DNA of 64,000 nt from Chloroflexota bacterium (GCA_016875915.1 VGOM01000001.1:32178-96177), one strand, 5' to 3'; positions 19,299 to 29,060 are shown, numbered from the stretch's first letter. Numbers and translations are program-made. The notes: generated from the letters alone by a model not told the origin.

Positions 19299-20858
19299 AT
19301 GGCTGATAATCCTGTCAACGACCGCATTGGCAATCTGAACAAGCTGCGGGACCAGGCGAGGCAGGGCGGAGGGGCCAAACGCATCGAGGCCCAGCATGCC
19401 AAGGGCAAGCTCACCGCCCGGGAGAGGGTCAATCTCCTCTTCGACAGCGGCAGCTTTGAAGAACTGGACACCTTCGTTGCCCACAGGTCGACCGACTTCG
19501 GCCTGGATGAGCAGCGGTTCCTGGGCGACTCCGTGGTCACCGGCTACGGCAAGATCGGAGGCAGGCTGGCCTACGTCTACGCCCAGGACTTCACGGTGGT
19601 CGGCGGTACCCTGTCACTGGTGGCTTCGGAGAAGATCTGCAAGGTCATGGACCTGGCGGCCAAGACCGGCGCCCCGTGCATCGGACTGCTCGACTCTGGA
19701 GGGGCACGGATACAGGAGGGGGTGGACAGCCTCAAGGGCTACGGTGAGATCTTCGCCCGCAACACCCTCTATTCAGGCGTCGTCCCCCAGATCTCCGTGG
19801 TCATGGGCCCCACGGCGGGCGGCGCGGTGTACTCCCCGGCGATCACCGACTTCATCTTCATGGTCAAGGGCATCGGGCAGATGTACATCACCGGTCCCGA
19901 CGTGATCAAGACCGTCTGCGGGGAAGAGGTCTCGCATGAGGACCTGGGTGGGGCCATGGTCCATGCCCGAAGGAGCGGCGTCTGCCACTTCATCGCTGAC
20001 AGCGAGCAGGAGGTGCTCCAGATGGTCGCCCGGCTTCTGAGCTTCCTCCCGCAGAACAACGTGGAGGAGACACCCAGAGTGGATTCCGGCGACGATCCGG
20101 AGAGGGCCGACGAGGAACTACTGACCGTTGTGCCGGCCGACGCCGCCAAGGTCTACGACATGAAGGACATCATCGCCAGGGTGGTGGACGGCGGCGATTT
20201 CATGGAGGTCCATCAGCACTTCGCCCCCAACCTGGTAGTCGGGTTTTCCAGGCTGGCCGGGCAGGCCGTGGGCATCGTGGCCCAGCAGCCCTCCTATATG
20301 GCCGGGGTGATCGACATCAACGCTTCGGACAAGGGAGCCAGGTTCGTCCGGTTCTGCGACTGCTTCAACATCCCGCTGATCACTTTCGTGGATGTCCCGG
20401 GCTACATGCCGGGCACGGACCAGGAGTTCGGGGGAATCATCAGGCACGGAGCCAAGTTCCTTTATGCCTATGCGGAGGCGTCAGTCCCCAAGGTGAGCGT
20501 CATCGTCCGCAAGGCCTACGGTGGTGCCTACGTGGTGATGAGCAGCAAGGGCCTGCGCGGAGACATCAACTACGCCTGGCCATCGGCGGAGATCGCCGTG
20601 ATGGGTCCGGACGGGGCGGTGAACATCGTCTTCCGCAGCGAGATCGCCAAGGCAGAGAAGCCCGAGGAGGCCCGCCAGCGGCTCATCGACGAGTACAGAT
20701 CGAAGTTCGCCAATCCCTATGTGGCCGCGGCCAGGGGGTACATCGACGATGTCATCGACCCCCGCGAGACGAGGCGGAAGCTGATCAGGGCCCTGGACAT
20801 GCTGAAGAACAAGGTGGACACGCTTCCCGCCAAGAAGCACGGCAACATCCCCCTCTAG
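19299..20858 (+). CDS. acyl-CoA carboxylase carboxyltransferase (beta) subunit, propionyl-CoA/methylmalonyl-CoA type
   Basis: 519 aa. Conserved carboxyltransferase blocks (GKLTARERV, GGARIQEG, AYGGAYVVM). Confidence 0.93.
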   Translation: MADNPVNDRIGNLNKLRDQARQGGGAKRIEAQHAKGKLTARERVNLLFDSGSFEELDTFVAHRSTDFGLDEQRFLGDSVVTGYGKIGGRLAYVYAQDFTVVGGTLSLVASEKICKVMDLAAKTGAPCIGLLDSGGARIQEGVDSLKGYGEIFARNTLYSGVVPQISVVMGPTAGGAVYSPAITDFIFMVKGIGQMYITGPDVIKTVCGEEVSHEDLGGAMVHARRSGVCHFIADSEQEVLQMVARLLSFLPQNNVEETPRVDSGDDPERADEELLTVVPADAAKVYDMKDIIARVVDGGDFMEVHQHFAPNLVVGFSRLAGQAVGIVAQQPSYMAGVIDINASDKGARFVRFCDCFNIPLITFVDVPGYMPGTDQEFGGIIRHGAKFLYAYAEASVPKVSVIVRKAYGGAYVVMSSKGLRGDINYAWPSAEIAVMGPDGAVNIVFRSEIAKAEKPEEARQRLIDEYRSKFANPYVAAARGYIDDVIDPRETRRKLIRALDMLKNKVDTLPAKKHGNIPL

Positions 20859-20932
20859 GGTGCTGCATCCGGAGTGGGGGAGCGGGAGTCGTCGGGGTCT
20901 GCCAGGCAGTCTTGCGCGGAAGGAGAAGGACC

Positions 20933-21784
20933 ATGCCTCAGAGAGAGATCGATGCCAGCAGCATCAGCCAGGCCGTAGCCGGCCTGTGCCAGGAGGCGAA
21001 CTACTTCCTTCCCCCGGACGTCACCGGGTCGCTCAAGGAGGCTGCTCAGAGCGAGGAATCGTCTCTGGGGAGGGAGATCCTGAAGCAGATACTGGAGAAC
21101 GCAGAGATCGCTGCCCGGGAGCGACTGCCTCTGTGCCAGGACTGCGGCTGTGCCGTGGTGCTGCTGGAGGTGGGACAGGATGTTCATGTCAGCGGGGGAG
21201 GGATCGATGAGGCGGTGGGGGAGGGCGTGCGCCGGGGCTACACGGAGGGCTATCTGCGCAAATCGATGGTCCGCCAGCCGTTCTCGGCCAGGGTCAACAC
21301 CAAAGACAACTGCCCTCCGGTCATCCACACCAGGATGGTGCCCGGCGACCGGCTGAAGATCGTCCTCATGCCCAAGGGTGGGGGTTCGGAGAACATGACA
21401 CGGCTGTTCATGCTTCTGCCGGGACAGGCGAGGCAGGGCGTGATCGACGCCGTGGTCAGGGCGGTGGACGAGGCGGGCAGCAACCCCTGTCCCCCGGTCG
21501 TCGTGGGCGTCGGCATCGGCGGCACCGCGGACAAGGCGGTGCTGCTGGCCAAGGAGGCCCTGGTGCGCACGCTGGGCCAGCCGCATCCCGACCCCGAGAT
21601 GGCCGACCTGGAGAAGGAACTGCTCCAGAAGATCAACGCCCTGGGCATCGGCCCGCAGGGCTTCGGGGGCAGGACCACGGCGCTGGCCGTTCATGTGGAG
21701 GTCTTCCCCTGCCACATCGCCAGTCTGCCGGTGGCCGTGAGTATACAGTGCCACAGCGCCCGGCACAGGGAAACCGTGCTCTGA
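20933..21784 (+). CDS. Fe-S type hydro-lyase alpha subunit (class I fumarate hydratase / tartrate dehydratase N-terminal domain)
   Basis: PLCQDCG cluster-ligand motif and a length of about 283 aa, typical of the split alpha subunit. AGGAGAAGGA SD before the ATG at 20933. Confidence 0.85.
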   Translation: MPQREIDASSISQAVAGLCQEANYFLPPDVTGSLKEAAQSEESSLGREILKQILENAEIAARERLPLCQDCGCAVVLLEVGQDVHVSGGGIDEAVGEGVRRGYTEGYLRKSMVRQPFSARVNTKDNCPPVIHTRMVPGDRLKIVLMPKGGGSENMTRLFMLLPGQARQGVIDAVVRAVDEAGSNPCPPVVVGVGIGGTADKAVLLAKEALVRTLGQPHPDPEMADLEKELLQKINALGIGPQGFGGRTTALAVHVEVFPCHIASLPVAVSIQCHSARHRETVL

Positions 21785-21788
21785 ATGT

Positions 21789-21818
21789 TTGACAAAGGCG
21801 GTGGGCCAAGCCTAGAAT
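21789..21818 (+). promoter_or_regulatory. sigma70-type promoter (TTGACA - 18 nt - TAGAAT) upstream of the bifunctional nuclease gene
   Basis: Hexamers read directly: TTGACA at 21789-21794 and TAGAAT at 21813-21818. Confidence 0.5.
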
Positions 21819-21856
21819 TGACCTTGGGGCACGAGAGAGACACAGAGGTTGGCTAG

Positions 21857-22414
21857 ATGATTGAGATGAGCGTGGACAGTATACGCGTGAGCGTGATGAA
21901 CTCGCAGCGCGTGGTGATACTGAAGGAGGTCAAGGCTGACCGCTATCTGCCCATCTGGATCGGGCCGGCGGAGGCCGACGCCATAGCCATCAAGCTGCAG
22001 GGTGTCAGCGTGCCCAGGCCTCTGACTCATGACCTTCTTCACTCCGTCATCAGCAGCCTGGGGGCGAAGATCAAGTCGATTCTGGTGAATGACCTCCAGA
22101 ATGACACCTTCTATGCCAAGATCAGCTTCGACTTCAATGGCAAGGAGCTGGAGATCGACTCCCGTCCCAGCGATGCCATCGCCATCGCGGTCAGGGCCAA
22201 GGCGCCTATCTACGCCAACGAAGAGGTCCTGGAGAAGGCCGGCATCATCTTCGATCAGGAGACGGGCAAGCCGGTGGCCACCGCCCACGCCGGCAAGCAC
22301 GATGACAAGAAGGAAGTCAGTGAGGAGGAGTTGCGCAAGCTGTCCGCCTTCACCGATTTCATCAACACGCTTGACCTGAAGGACCTGGGCAAGGGGAAGA
22401 CCGCCGAGGACTGA
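21857..22414 (+). CDS. bifunctional nuclease family protein (DUF151/BFN)
   Basis: Conserved DUF151 core: VVILKE...DRYLPIWIG..EA.AI......PRPLTHDL and RPSDAIAIAVR. Confidence 0.85.
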   Translation: MIEMSVDSIRVSVMNSQRVVILKEVKADRYLPIWIGPAEADAIAIKLQGVSVPRPLTHDLLHSVISSLGAKIKSILVNDLQNDTFYAKISFDFNGKELEIDSRPSDAIAIAVRAKAPIYANEEVLEKAGIIFDQETGKPVATAHAGKHDDKKEVSEEELRKLSAFTDFINTLDLKDLGKGKTAED

Positions 22415-22429
22415 TCTGGCGGTGGTGGG

Positions 22430-22753
22430 ATGATGGACGAGAAATTCGTCAGGAAGCTGCTCTCCAACATGAAGTGTGGCATCTGCGGCTGCCAATATGA
22501 GTCCAGCAACATCAAGATCTTGGGGCACCGCGAGGACCTGTGGTTCCTCTCCGTCTTCTGCGCCTCCTGCAAGAGCCAGGGACTGGTGGCCGCCGTGGTC
22601 AAGGACGGCAAGGCGCCGGAGATCCTCACGGAACTCACTGAAGAGGAACGGCGCAGGCTGTCCATCCCGGTGACCTCCGACGACCTGATCGATATGTACG
22701 GTTTCCTCCGGGAGTTCAACGGGGACTTCTCCTCCCTGTTCGCCGAGGAATAG
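22430..22753 (+). CDS. hypothetical Cys-rich protein
   Basis: 107 aa with CGICGC and CASC pairs. Follows the BFN gene after a 15-nt gap. Confidence 0.5.
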   Translation: MMDEKFVRKLLSNMKCGICGCQYESSNIKILGHREDLWFLSVFCASCKSQGLVAAVVKDGKAPEILTELTEEERRRLSIPVTSDDLIDMYGFLREFNGDFSSLFAEE

Positions 22754-22898
22754 CCCCGCCGCGCCAATCTGGTCCACAGCTTCTGCCCACCTGTGCTGAT
22801 CGCCACCTGCTGGTTTCAACCGCGGTCCGGCCATGCTTGGGCACGGCTGCGGTGGGTCAACGGATGGATGGGGGAGAGTCTCGGCTGAGCGGAGCGGG

Positions 22899-22914
22899 GC
22901 CGGGGCGCCCCGGC
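22899..22914. terminator. perfect 16-nt GC palindrome (GCCGGGGCGCCCCGGC) between convergent genes
   Basis: Lies 8 nt downstream of the hisS stop. It has no U-tract, so it may be a non-canonical terminator or simply a stem. Confidence 0.3.
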
Positions 22915-22922
22915 GAAGATGC

Positions 22923-24185
22923 CTAGGAGATGGACCCTTTGATTCTCCTGATTGCCTCTGTCAGAGGCATCTCTTCCTGCGATGCCCCGGTCATGTCACG
23001 CAGGACCACTGAATCTCTGCTCAGTTCGGTACTGCCGACTATGACCGCCCAGCGCGATCCGGAGGAGGAGGCCTGGCGCATTTGAGATTTCAGGCTGAGG
23101 TCCCCTGAGGCGAAAGTGGCGCTTATGTCATCTTGGCGGAGCGTGGCGGCGATCGAAGGGGCCTTCCGGCGGCCAATTTCGTCGGCGGAGACCACGAAGA
23201 CCTGCCGGTTGGCCTGGGTGGCCGGGGGCATTATGTCTTGTTCCTTCAAATTGGCGATAATGCGCTCCAGGCCGGTGGCGAAACCCACGCCGGGGGTGGG
23301 CCTGCCGCCCAGCTGGCCGATGAGGTTGTCATAGCGGCCGCCGCCGCCGATGGCGCTCTGCCCCCGGACTTCGACGGGCTGGATCTCAAAGACGGTCCTG
23401 GTGTAGTAGTCCAGTCCGCGCACCAGGTAGGGGTTCAGTTCGTAGCAAATGGCGCGTCCGTCAAGGTAGCCCCGGAGGTCCTGGAAGTGGCTGCGGCAGG
23501 CCTGACAGAGGAAGTCCAGCGTCCGGGGGGCGCCGGCCACGGCGCTCTGACACGAGGCCACCTTGCAGTCCAGCAGGCGCAGCGGGCTGCGCGAGAACCT
23601 GGCCCGGCAGTCGGGACAGAGGCTCTCGGACCGGCCGGCGTAGTATGAGTTCAGGCTGTCCAGGTACCCGGGGCGGCATTCCGGGCAGCCGATGCTGTTG
23701 AGCTGAAGGGTCAGTCCCTTCAACTGGAGGGCCCCGTAGAAGGACCAGGCCAGATCGATGACCTGGGCATCGAAGACGGGGTCGGCGCTGCCGATGGACT
23801 CCACCCCGAACTGATGATGCTGCCGCAGACGGCCCTTCTGGGGCCGTTCGTAGCGGAAGATGGGGCCGAGGTAGTACAGTCGCACCGGCTGGGGCTGGTT
23901 GTGCATGCCGTGCTCGATGTAGGCCCGGCAGATCGGCGCGGTGCCCTCGGGCCGCAGGGTGATCCTGTCCCCGCCGCGGTCCTCGAAGGTGTACATCTGC
24001 TTCTCCACGATGTCGGTGCCTTCACCGATGCCGCGAAGGAAGAGATCGGCCTGCTCGAAGACCGGCGTGTCGATGCGGTTGTACTGGAAGAGGCGGCAGA
24101 CCTCGGCGGCCCTGGCCTCGACCAGCCTCCAGTAGCCCTGATCCTGGGGCAGGATATCCTCGGTTCCCCTCAGCGCTCTGAACAC
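22923..24185 (-). CDS. hisS: histidine--tRNA ligase
   Basis: Class II HisRS motifs (RGTEDILP, YRYERPQKGR, GGGRYD) and a C-terminal anticodon-binding domain. Confidence 0.96.
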   Translation of the reverse strand: MFRALRGTEDILPQDQGYWRLVEARAAEVCRLFQYNRIDTPVFEQADLFLRGIGEGTDIVEKQMYTFEDRGGDRITLRPEGTAPICRAYIEHGMHNQPQPVRLYYLGPIFRYERPQKGRLRQHHQFGVESIGSADPVFDAQVIDLAWSFYGALQLKGLTLQLNSIGCPECRPGYLDSLNSYYAGRSESLCPDCRARFSRSPLRLLDCKVASCQSAVAGAPRTLDFLCQACRSHFQDLRGYLDGRAICYELNPYLVRGLDYYTRTVFEIQPVEVRGQSAIGGGGRYDNLIGQLGGRPTPGVGFATGLERIIANLKEQDIMPPATQANRQVFVVSADEIGRRKAPSIAATLRQDDISATFASGDLSLKSQMRQASSSGSRWAVIVGSTELSRDSVVLRDMTGASQEEMPLTEAIRRIKGSIS

Positions 24186-24243
24186 GCGGGGTGCCTCCCG
24201 TTCCTGCTAGTGTAGTGCTTCGTAGATATCGCTATGTGTAGTC

Positions 24244-24290
24244 GTGCCACGCCACCCCGGCCCTGGATCCGCCAAAGGCGGATGGCACGA
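24244..24290. repeat. hairpin-unit intergenic repeat, copy 1
   Basis: 17-mer CCACCCCGGCCCTGGAT (24252-24268) runs into the stem ATCCGCC/GGCGGAT (24267-24283). An outer GTGCCA/TGGCAC pairing flanks it. Confidence 0.6.
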
Positions 24291-24309
24291 TGAGGAGGTG
24301 GGCGGGATG

Positions 24310-24343
24310 GTCCTTCCGCGGAAGGACTTGGCGGCATGCCGCC
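24310..24343. repeat. two adjacent perfect palindromes (GTCCTTCCGCGGAAGGAC and GGCGGCATGCCGCC)
   Basis: Read directly at 24310-24327 and 24330-24343. Confidence 0.6.
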
Positions 24344-24383
24344 CCACCCCGGCCCTGGATGCCGCATCAAGTGCGGCATGACA
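24328..24383. repeat. hairpin-unit intergenic repeat, copy 2
   Basis: The same 17-mer (24344-24360) runs into the stem ATGCCGCA/TGCGGCAT (24359-24379). It is 39/40 identical to 42317-42356. Confidence 0.7.
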
Positions 24384-24397
24384 CGAGAGGGAAGGAG

Positions 24398-24452
24398 TTG
24401 GCGGCATCCCCTGACCCTCATCGCGGGTCGGGTCGGTCTGCCTGAGGCAGAC
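24398..24452. repeat. hairpin-unit intergenic repeat, degenerate copy 3
   Basis: TTGGCGGCAT lead-in, a CCCCTGACCCTCAT variant of the 5' motif, and a different stem GTCTGCC/GGCAGAC (24436-24452). Confidence 0.4.
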
Positions 24453-24650
24453 GACACCCGGAGAACATGCGTACAGTTGGTCAGGCTGACGAACCGTTGG
24501 AGACACTGCACTAGAGGATATCTGCGCGCATGGGGCAAGTCAAGGATGGCGGGCCCGGTCCGGATTTGATGTCGCTTCTCCTCTTCTGCTATCCTTTATC
24601 ACACGTGAGCGAAGCGGCGATTGTTCGTATATGTGTGAGAGGGTGAGAAG

Positions 24651-25781
24651 TTGGACCTAGACCTGTCTGAAGACCAGAAAATGCTGCAGAAGGCCGCCCG
24701 TGACTTCCTGGCCAACGAGTGCACCAAGCAGCACGTGCGCCAGATGGAGCTGGATGAGAAGGGCTACTCTCCCGAGCTCTGGGGGAAGATGGCGGAACTG
24801 GGCTGGCTGGGCCTGCCCTTCCCGGAGAGGTACGATGGTGGCGGCGGCAGCCTCCTGGATCTGGTGATACTGCTGGAGGAGATGGGCCGGGCCTGCCTGC
24901 CCGGTCCCTATCTGCCCAGCGTGGTCATGAGCGGCCTGACCATCCTGGCAGCGGGCAGCGACGATCAGAGGCAGACCTATCTGCCGGCCATAGCCCGGGG
25001 GGAGATCATCACCTTCGCCCTGACGGAGTCCGACGGCAGCTATGAGGCGGCCTCGATGAAGTCCAGGGCGGCCCGTGGCAAGGGAGGGTACGTCATCAGC
25101 GGCACCAAGCTCTTCGTGCCCTACGCCCACGTGGCTGACCGCCTTCTCTGCCTGGCCAGAACGGCGGCGGGCTCCAGGCCGGAGGACGGACTCAGCCTCT
25201 TCGTGGTGGACGGCGGCAGCCCCGGGGTCAGGTCGGCTGTTCTGAGCACCATCGCCAGCGACAAGCAGTGCGAGGTGGTCCTGGACGGGGTGGCGGTCCC
25301 GGAGGGGAACCTCATCGGTCAGCCCGGCGGGGCCTGGCCGGTGGCGGAGAAGACCCTCCAGTGGGCGGCCATGGCCAAATGCGCCGAGATGGTCGGCGCG
25401 GCCCAGCAGGTCCTGGAAATGAGCGTGGCCTATGCCAAAGAGAGGGTGCAGTTCGACCGGCCCATCGGCACCTTCCAGGCGGTGCAGCACCACTGCGCCA
25501 ACATGCTCCTTGACGTCGACGGCATGAGATACCTCACCTACGAAGCGGCCTGGCTGCTGAGCAACGGCCTGCCGGCGGTGAAGGAAGTGGCCATGGCCAA
25601 GGCCTGGGTCAGCGAGGCCATCGGGCGGGTGGTCCGCCTGGGGCACCAGATCCACGGCGGGGTGGGCTACACCGTTGACCACGATCTTCAGCTCTACTAC
25701 CGCCGGGGCAAGGCGGCCCAGGCCCTGTTCGGTGACGCCAACTACCACCGCGAATTGATCGCCGGTCAACTGGGGCTGTAG
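24651..25781 (+). CDS. acyl-CoA dehydrogenase
   Basis: 376 aa with ACAD N/M/C domain blocks (LGWLGL, FALTE, ERVQFDRPIG.FQAVQH, HGG.GY). TTG start after a GAGGGTGAG SD. Confidence 0.93.
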   Translation: MDLDLSEDQKMLQKAARDFLANECTKQHVRQMELDEKGYSPELWGKMAELGWLGLPFPERYDGGGGSLLDLVILLEEMGRACLPGPYLPSVVMSGLTILAAGSDDQRQTYLPAIARGEIITFALTESDGSYEAASMKSRAARGKGGYVISGTKLFVPYAHVADRLLCLARTAAGSRPEDGLSLFVVDGGSPGVRSAVLSTIASDKQCEVVLDGVAVPEGNLIGQPGGAWPVAEKTLQWAAMAKCAEMVGAAQQVLEMSVAYAKERVQFDRPIGTFQAVQHHCANMLLDVDGMRYLTYEAAWLLSNGLPAVKEVAMAKAWVSEAIGRVVRLGHQIHGGVGYTVDHDLQLYYRRGKAAQALFGDANYHRELIAGQLGL

Positions 25782-25799
25782 TCCCCGGGGGAGGGAACG

Positions 25800-26144
25800 G
25801 TGGCGGACTGTATCTTCTGCAGGATCATCGCCGGCAAGATACCCGGCGACTTCGTCTATCAGGACGACCGGGCCGTGGTCATCCGGGACATCAACCCCCA
25901 GGCGCCGAAGCACCTGCTGGTCATGCCCAAGGAGCACATCGCGTCCCTGGTCCAGACCGGCTCCGGACAGAGGGACCTCCTGGGCCATCTGATCCACGTG
26001 GCCAACGAGGTGGCCAGGAGCGAGGGCCTGTCGGAGAGAGGGTACCGCGTCGCCGTGAACTGCGGCCGGGAGGGAGGCCAGCTGGTGCCCCACATCCACT
26101 TCCATGTCCTGGGGGGGCGTCAGCTCTCCGGTTCCCTTGGCTAG
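25800..26144 (+). CDS. histidine triad (HIT) family nucleotide hydrolase
   Basis: CIFCRI N-terminus and the HIT motif HIHFHVLGG. Confidence 0.92.
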   Translation: MADCIFCRIIAGKIPGDFVYQDDRAVVIRDINPQAPKHLLVMPKEHIASLVQTGSGQRDLLGHLIHVANEVARSEGLSERGYRVAVNCGREGGQLVPHIHFHVLGGRQLSGSLG

Positions 26145-26172
26145 CGTCGCTCCCTGCCATGGCGGGTGTGAG

Positions 26173-26979
26173 ATGGACTTCGCCCAGAAGCTGCTGCAGG
26201 CCTCGACAAGGAACAAGAGCCTCCTTTGCCTGGGACTCGACCCCGACCCGGAACTGATGCCGGAGGCGGGCGTCATCGAGTTCAACCGGGCCATCATCGA
26301 TGCCACGGCGGACCTGGTCTGCGCCTACAAGCCGAATCTGGCCTTCTACGAAGCGCTGGGCAGCGCCGGGCTGGCCGCCCTGCAGGAGACGGTGAAGCAC
26401 ATCCCGGAGGGCATCCCCGTCATCGGGGACGCCAAGCGGGGGGATGTGGGCCACACGGCGCGGGCCTATGCCAGGGCCCTGTTCGAGGTCCTGGGCTTCG
26501 ATGCGGTGACCGTCAGCCCGTACCTGGGACACGACTCCATAGAGCCCTTCACCCGCTATGCGGACAGGGCTGTGTTCGTCCTCTGCCGCACCTCGAATCC
26601 GGGAGCCGGGGACTTCCAGGACGCGCTGTGCTCCGACGCCCAGGGGAGCGACGGGCAGCCTCTGTACCGCCTGGTGGCCAGCAGGGCCCAGGAATGGAAC
26701 ACCAGGGGCAACGTCGGCCTGGTGGTGGGCGCCACCTATCCCCGTGAGCTAAGTGAGATCAGGCAGCTCTGTCCCCAGATGGACCTGTTGATACCGGGCA
26801 TCGGGGCCCAGGGCGGCGATCTGGAATGGGCTGTCCGCCACGGGACGGACGGCCAGGGCCGGAGGGCCATCTTCGCCAGCTCCAGACAGATCCTCTACGC
26901 TTCGAGGGGCAGCGACTACGCCCGGGCCGCCCGGGAGTCGGCCGACGGGCTGCGCCGGCAGATCAACTCCTTCCTCTGA
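26173..26979 (+). CDS. pyrF: orotidine 5'-phosphate decarboxylase (type 2)
   Basis: LCLGLDPD, the DAKRGDVG catalytic lysine motif, and a length of about 268 aa. Confidence 0.92.
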   Translation: MDFAQKLLQASTRNKSLLCLGLDPDPELMPEAGVIEFNRAIIDATADLVCAYKPNLAFYEALGSAGLAALQETVKHIPEGIPVIGDAKRGDVGHTARAYARALFEVLGFDAVTVSPYLGHDSIEPFTRYADRAVFVLCRTSNPGAGDFQDALCSDAQGSDGQPLYRLVASRAQEWNTRGNVGLVVGATYPRELSEIRQLCPQMDLLIPGIGAQGGDLEWAVRHGTDGQGRRAIFASSRQILYASRGSDYARAARESADGLRRQINSFL

Positions 26980-27081
26980 TCCTCCACCCACAAAGCTTGT
27001 GGGAGTATTGCATGGAAGTGCATCCGGCGATATACTGCTTTGCACGGACAGGCAGTCAGGTCCGGGAAGGGGGTGAGATCC

Positions 27082-27339
27082 ATGACCCAGGAGGTAGAGG
27101 TTGGCACGGTAACCGATTTCTTCTCCCGACCGGTGGTGGCAGGCATCGACCTGAAGGAGATCCTCAAGCGTGGCGAGAAGATCCACATCAAGGGGCACAC
27201 CACCGACCTCGAACTGGTTGTGGAGTCGATGCAGATTCACAACACAGAGGTAAGCGAGGCCAAGCCGGGGGATTCCGTGGGCATCAAAGTCCCGGATCGG
27301 GTCCGCCGAGGAGACAGGGTCTTCAGGGCAGTTGGATAG
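27082..27339 (+). CDS. small EF-Tu-domain-2-like beta-barrel protein
   Basis: 85 aa with the pattern ...I.I.G....L.V.S......V.EA.PGD.VGI.V......GD.V, typical of translation-factor domain II. Confidence 0.55.
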   Translation: MTQEVEVGTVTDFFSRPVVAGIDLKEILKRGEKIHIKGHTTDLELVVESMQIHNTEVSEAKPGDSVGIKVPDRVRRGDRVFRAVG

Positions 27340-27343
27340 GAAA

Positions 27344-27826
27344 TCAGGCTTTCCGCGGAGCTTTCATGGCCTTGACCAGGTTGGCCATCTCGATGCCACT
27401 CATGGCCGCCTTGAAGCCCATGTTGCCCTCTTTTGTGCCCGCCCTTTCGATGGCCTGCTCCAGGACATCAGCCGTGATCACGCCGAAGATGACCGGCACG
27501 CCGGTGTCCAGGGAAACCTTGGCCACCCCCTTGCTGGCTTCGGCGGCGACGTAGTCGAAGTGAGGAGTGCCTCCCCGAATGATGGCGCCCAGGCAGATCA
27601 CGGCGTGGTATCTTCCCGACTCCGCCATCTTCTTGGCGATGAGGGGGATCTCAAACGAGCCGGGCGCCCAGGCGACCTCGATATCGTCCTCCCTGGCGCC
27701 GTGGCGCAGCAGGGCATCCTGGGCTCCTTCGAGCAGCTTGGCCGATATGAACTCGTTGAACCGGGAAACGATCAGCCCGAACTTGAGGCCCTCCGCCAGT
27801 AGTGTCCCCTGATAGACCTTCTTCAT
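27344..27826 (-). CDS. ribH: 6,7-dimethyl-8-ribityllumazine synthase
   Basis: Lumazine synthase blocks ([33 protein letters not shown]). Confidence 0.96.
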   Translation of the reverse strand: MKKVYQGTLLAEGLKFGLIVSRFNEFISAKLLEGAQDALLRHGAREDDIEVAWAPGSFEIPLIAKKMAESGRYHAVICLGAIIRGGTPHFDYVAAEASKGVAKVSLDTGVPVIFGVITADVLEQAIERAGTKEGNMGFKAAMSGIEMANLVKAMKAPRKA

Positions 27827-27841
27827 CGCGCCCTCCTCTTG

Positions 27842-29050
27842 TTAGTCTGCTACGAAATGGTGTCCCAGCTTCGCCCCTTTGACCTTCAGATAGGAGGCGT
27901 TGTATGAGTTCGGCGGGGCTATGATGGGCACCGTCTCCACCACCTGGAGGCCGTGTCCATCCAGGCCGACCACCTTCCTGGGGTTGTTGGTCAGCAGGCG
28001 AATCCGCTCCAGTCCAATGTCGGCCAGGATCTGGGCCCCGATGCCGTAGTCGCGGAGATCGGCGGCGAACCCCAGAAGCTCGTTGGCCTCCACGGTGTCC
28101 ACCCCCTGGTCCTGCAGGGCGTAGGCCCGCAGCTTGTTGTGCAGTCCGATCCCTCGGCCCTCCTGGCGCATGTAGAGGAACACCCCCCGCCCCTCCTCGG
28201 CGATGGCCTGCATGGCCATGGCCATCTGCTCCCCGCAGTCGCAGCGGAGGCTGCTGAAGACGTCGCCGGTGAGGCACTCGCTGTGCACCCGGACCAGCAC
28301 CGGTTCGGCCACGTGGACATCGCCCTTGACCAGCGCCACGTGTTCATCGGTGTCGATGGTGCTCTTGTAGGCGATGATGGTGAACTCCCCGTACTTCGTG
28401 GGCAGCTTGGCCTCGGCCACGCGGTGAACCAGCTTCTCGTGGCGGCGGCGGTAGGTGATCAGGTCGGCCACGCTGACCATCTTCAGATTGTGCCTGGCGG
28501 CCAGCTCCTCCAACTGGCGGAACCGGGCCATGGTGCCGTCCTCATTCAGGATCTCGCAGATCACCCCGGCGGGATAGAGGCCGGCCAGCCTGGCCAGGTC
28601 GACCGATGCCTCGGTGTGTCCTGCCCGCACCAGAACGCCTCCCGGTCTGGCCCTGATGGGGAACACGTGGCCGGGACGGGCGATATCCTCCGGCCTGGTG
28701 GCCGGATCGAGCACGGTCCTGATGGTGGTGGCCCGGTCGTGGGCCGAGATCCCCGTGGTCACCCCGTGCTTGGCCTCGATGGATATGGTGAAGGCGGTGG
28801 AGAACCGGGAGGTGTTGTCCTGGACCATCATGGGGATGCGCAGCTCCTCCAGCCTCTCCCCGGTGATGGGCATGCAGATCAGCCCCCGGGCCTCCCTGGC
28901 CATGATATTGATGGCCTCTGGGGTGACCTTCTCCGCGGCCATGGCCAGGTCGCCCTCGTTCTCCCGGCTCTCATCGTCAACGATTATGAGGATCCTGCCC
29001 TGCCTGAACTCCTCGACGGCCTCCGGAATCGTCGCCAGTCCCATTCTCAA
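27842..29050 (-). CDS. ribBA: bifunctional 3,4-dihydroxy-2-butanone-4-phosphate synthase / GTP cyclohydrolase II
   Basis: RibB N-half ([14 protein letters not shown]) plus RibA C-half ([21 protein letters not shown]). Confidence 0.96.
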   Translation of the reverse strand: MRMGLATIPEAVEEFRQGRILIIVDDESRENEGDLAMAAEKVTPEAINIMAREARGLICMPITGERLEELRIPMMVQDNTSRFSTAFTISIEAKHGVTTGISAHDRATTIRTVLDPATRPEDIARPGHVFPIRARPGGVLVRAGHTEASVDLARLAGLYPAGVICEILNEDGTMARFRQLEELAARHNLKMVSVADLITYRRRHEKLVHRVAEAKLPTKYGEFTIIAYKSTIDTDEHVALVKGDVHVAEPVLVRVHSECLTGDVFSSLRCDCGEQMAMAMQAIAEEGRGVFLYMRQEGRGIGLHNKLRAYALQDQGVDTVEANELLGFAADLRDYGIGAQILADIGLERIRLLTNNPRKVVGLDGHGLQVVETVPIIAPPNSYNASYLKVKGAKLGHHFVAD

Positions 29051-29060
29051 CCCTGCCCCT

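Noticed and set aside
24244-24452. Could the hairpin cluster be a small CRISPR array?
   Set aside because: The units are not identical direct repeats separated by unique spacers of constant length. The conserved part is a 17-mer followed by different palindromic stems. No cas genes or leader are nearby.
24657-26306. 549-aa ORF on the minus strand spanning the acyl-CoA dehydrogenase, HIT and pyrF loci.
   Set aside because: It is antisense to three genes with unambiguous family motifs. Its translation is Arg/Gly/Pro/Ala/His-rich low-complexity with no motif, which is a typical high-G+C shadow ORF.
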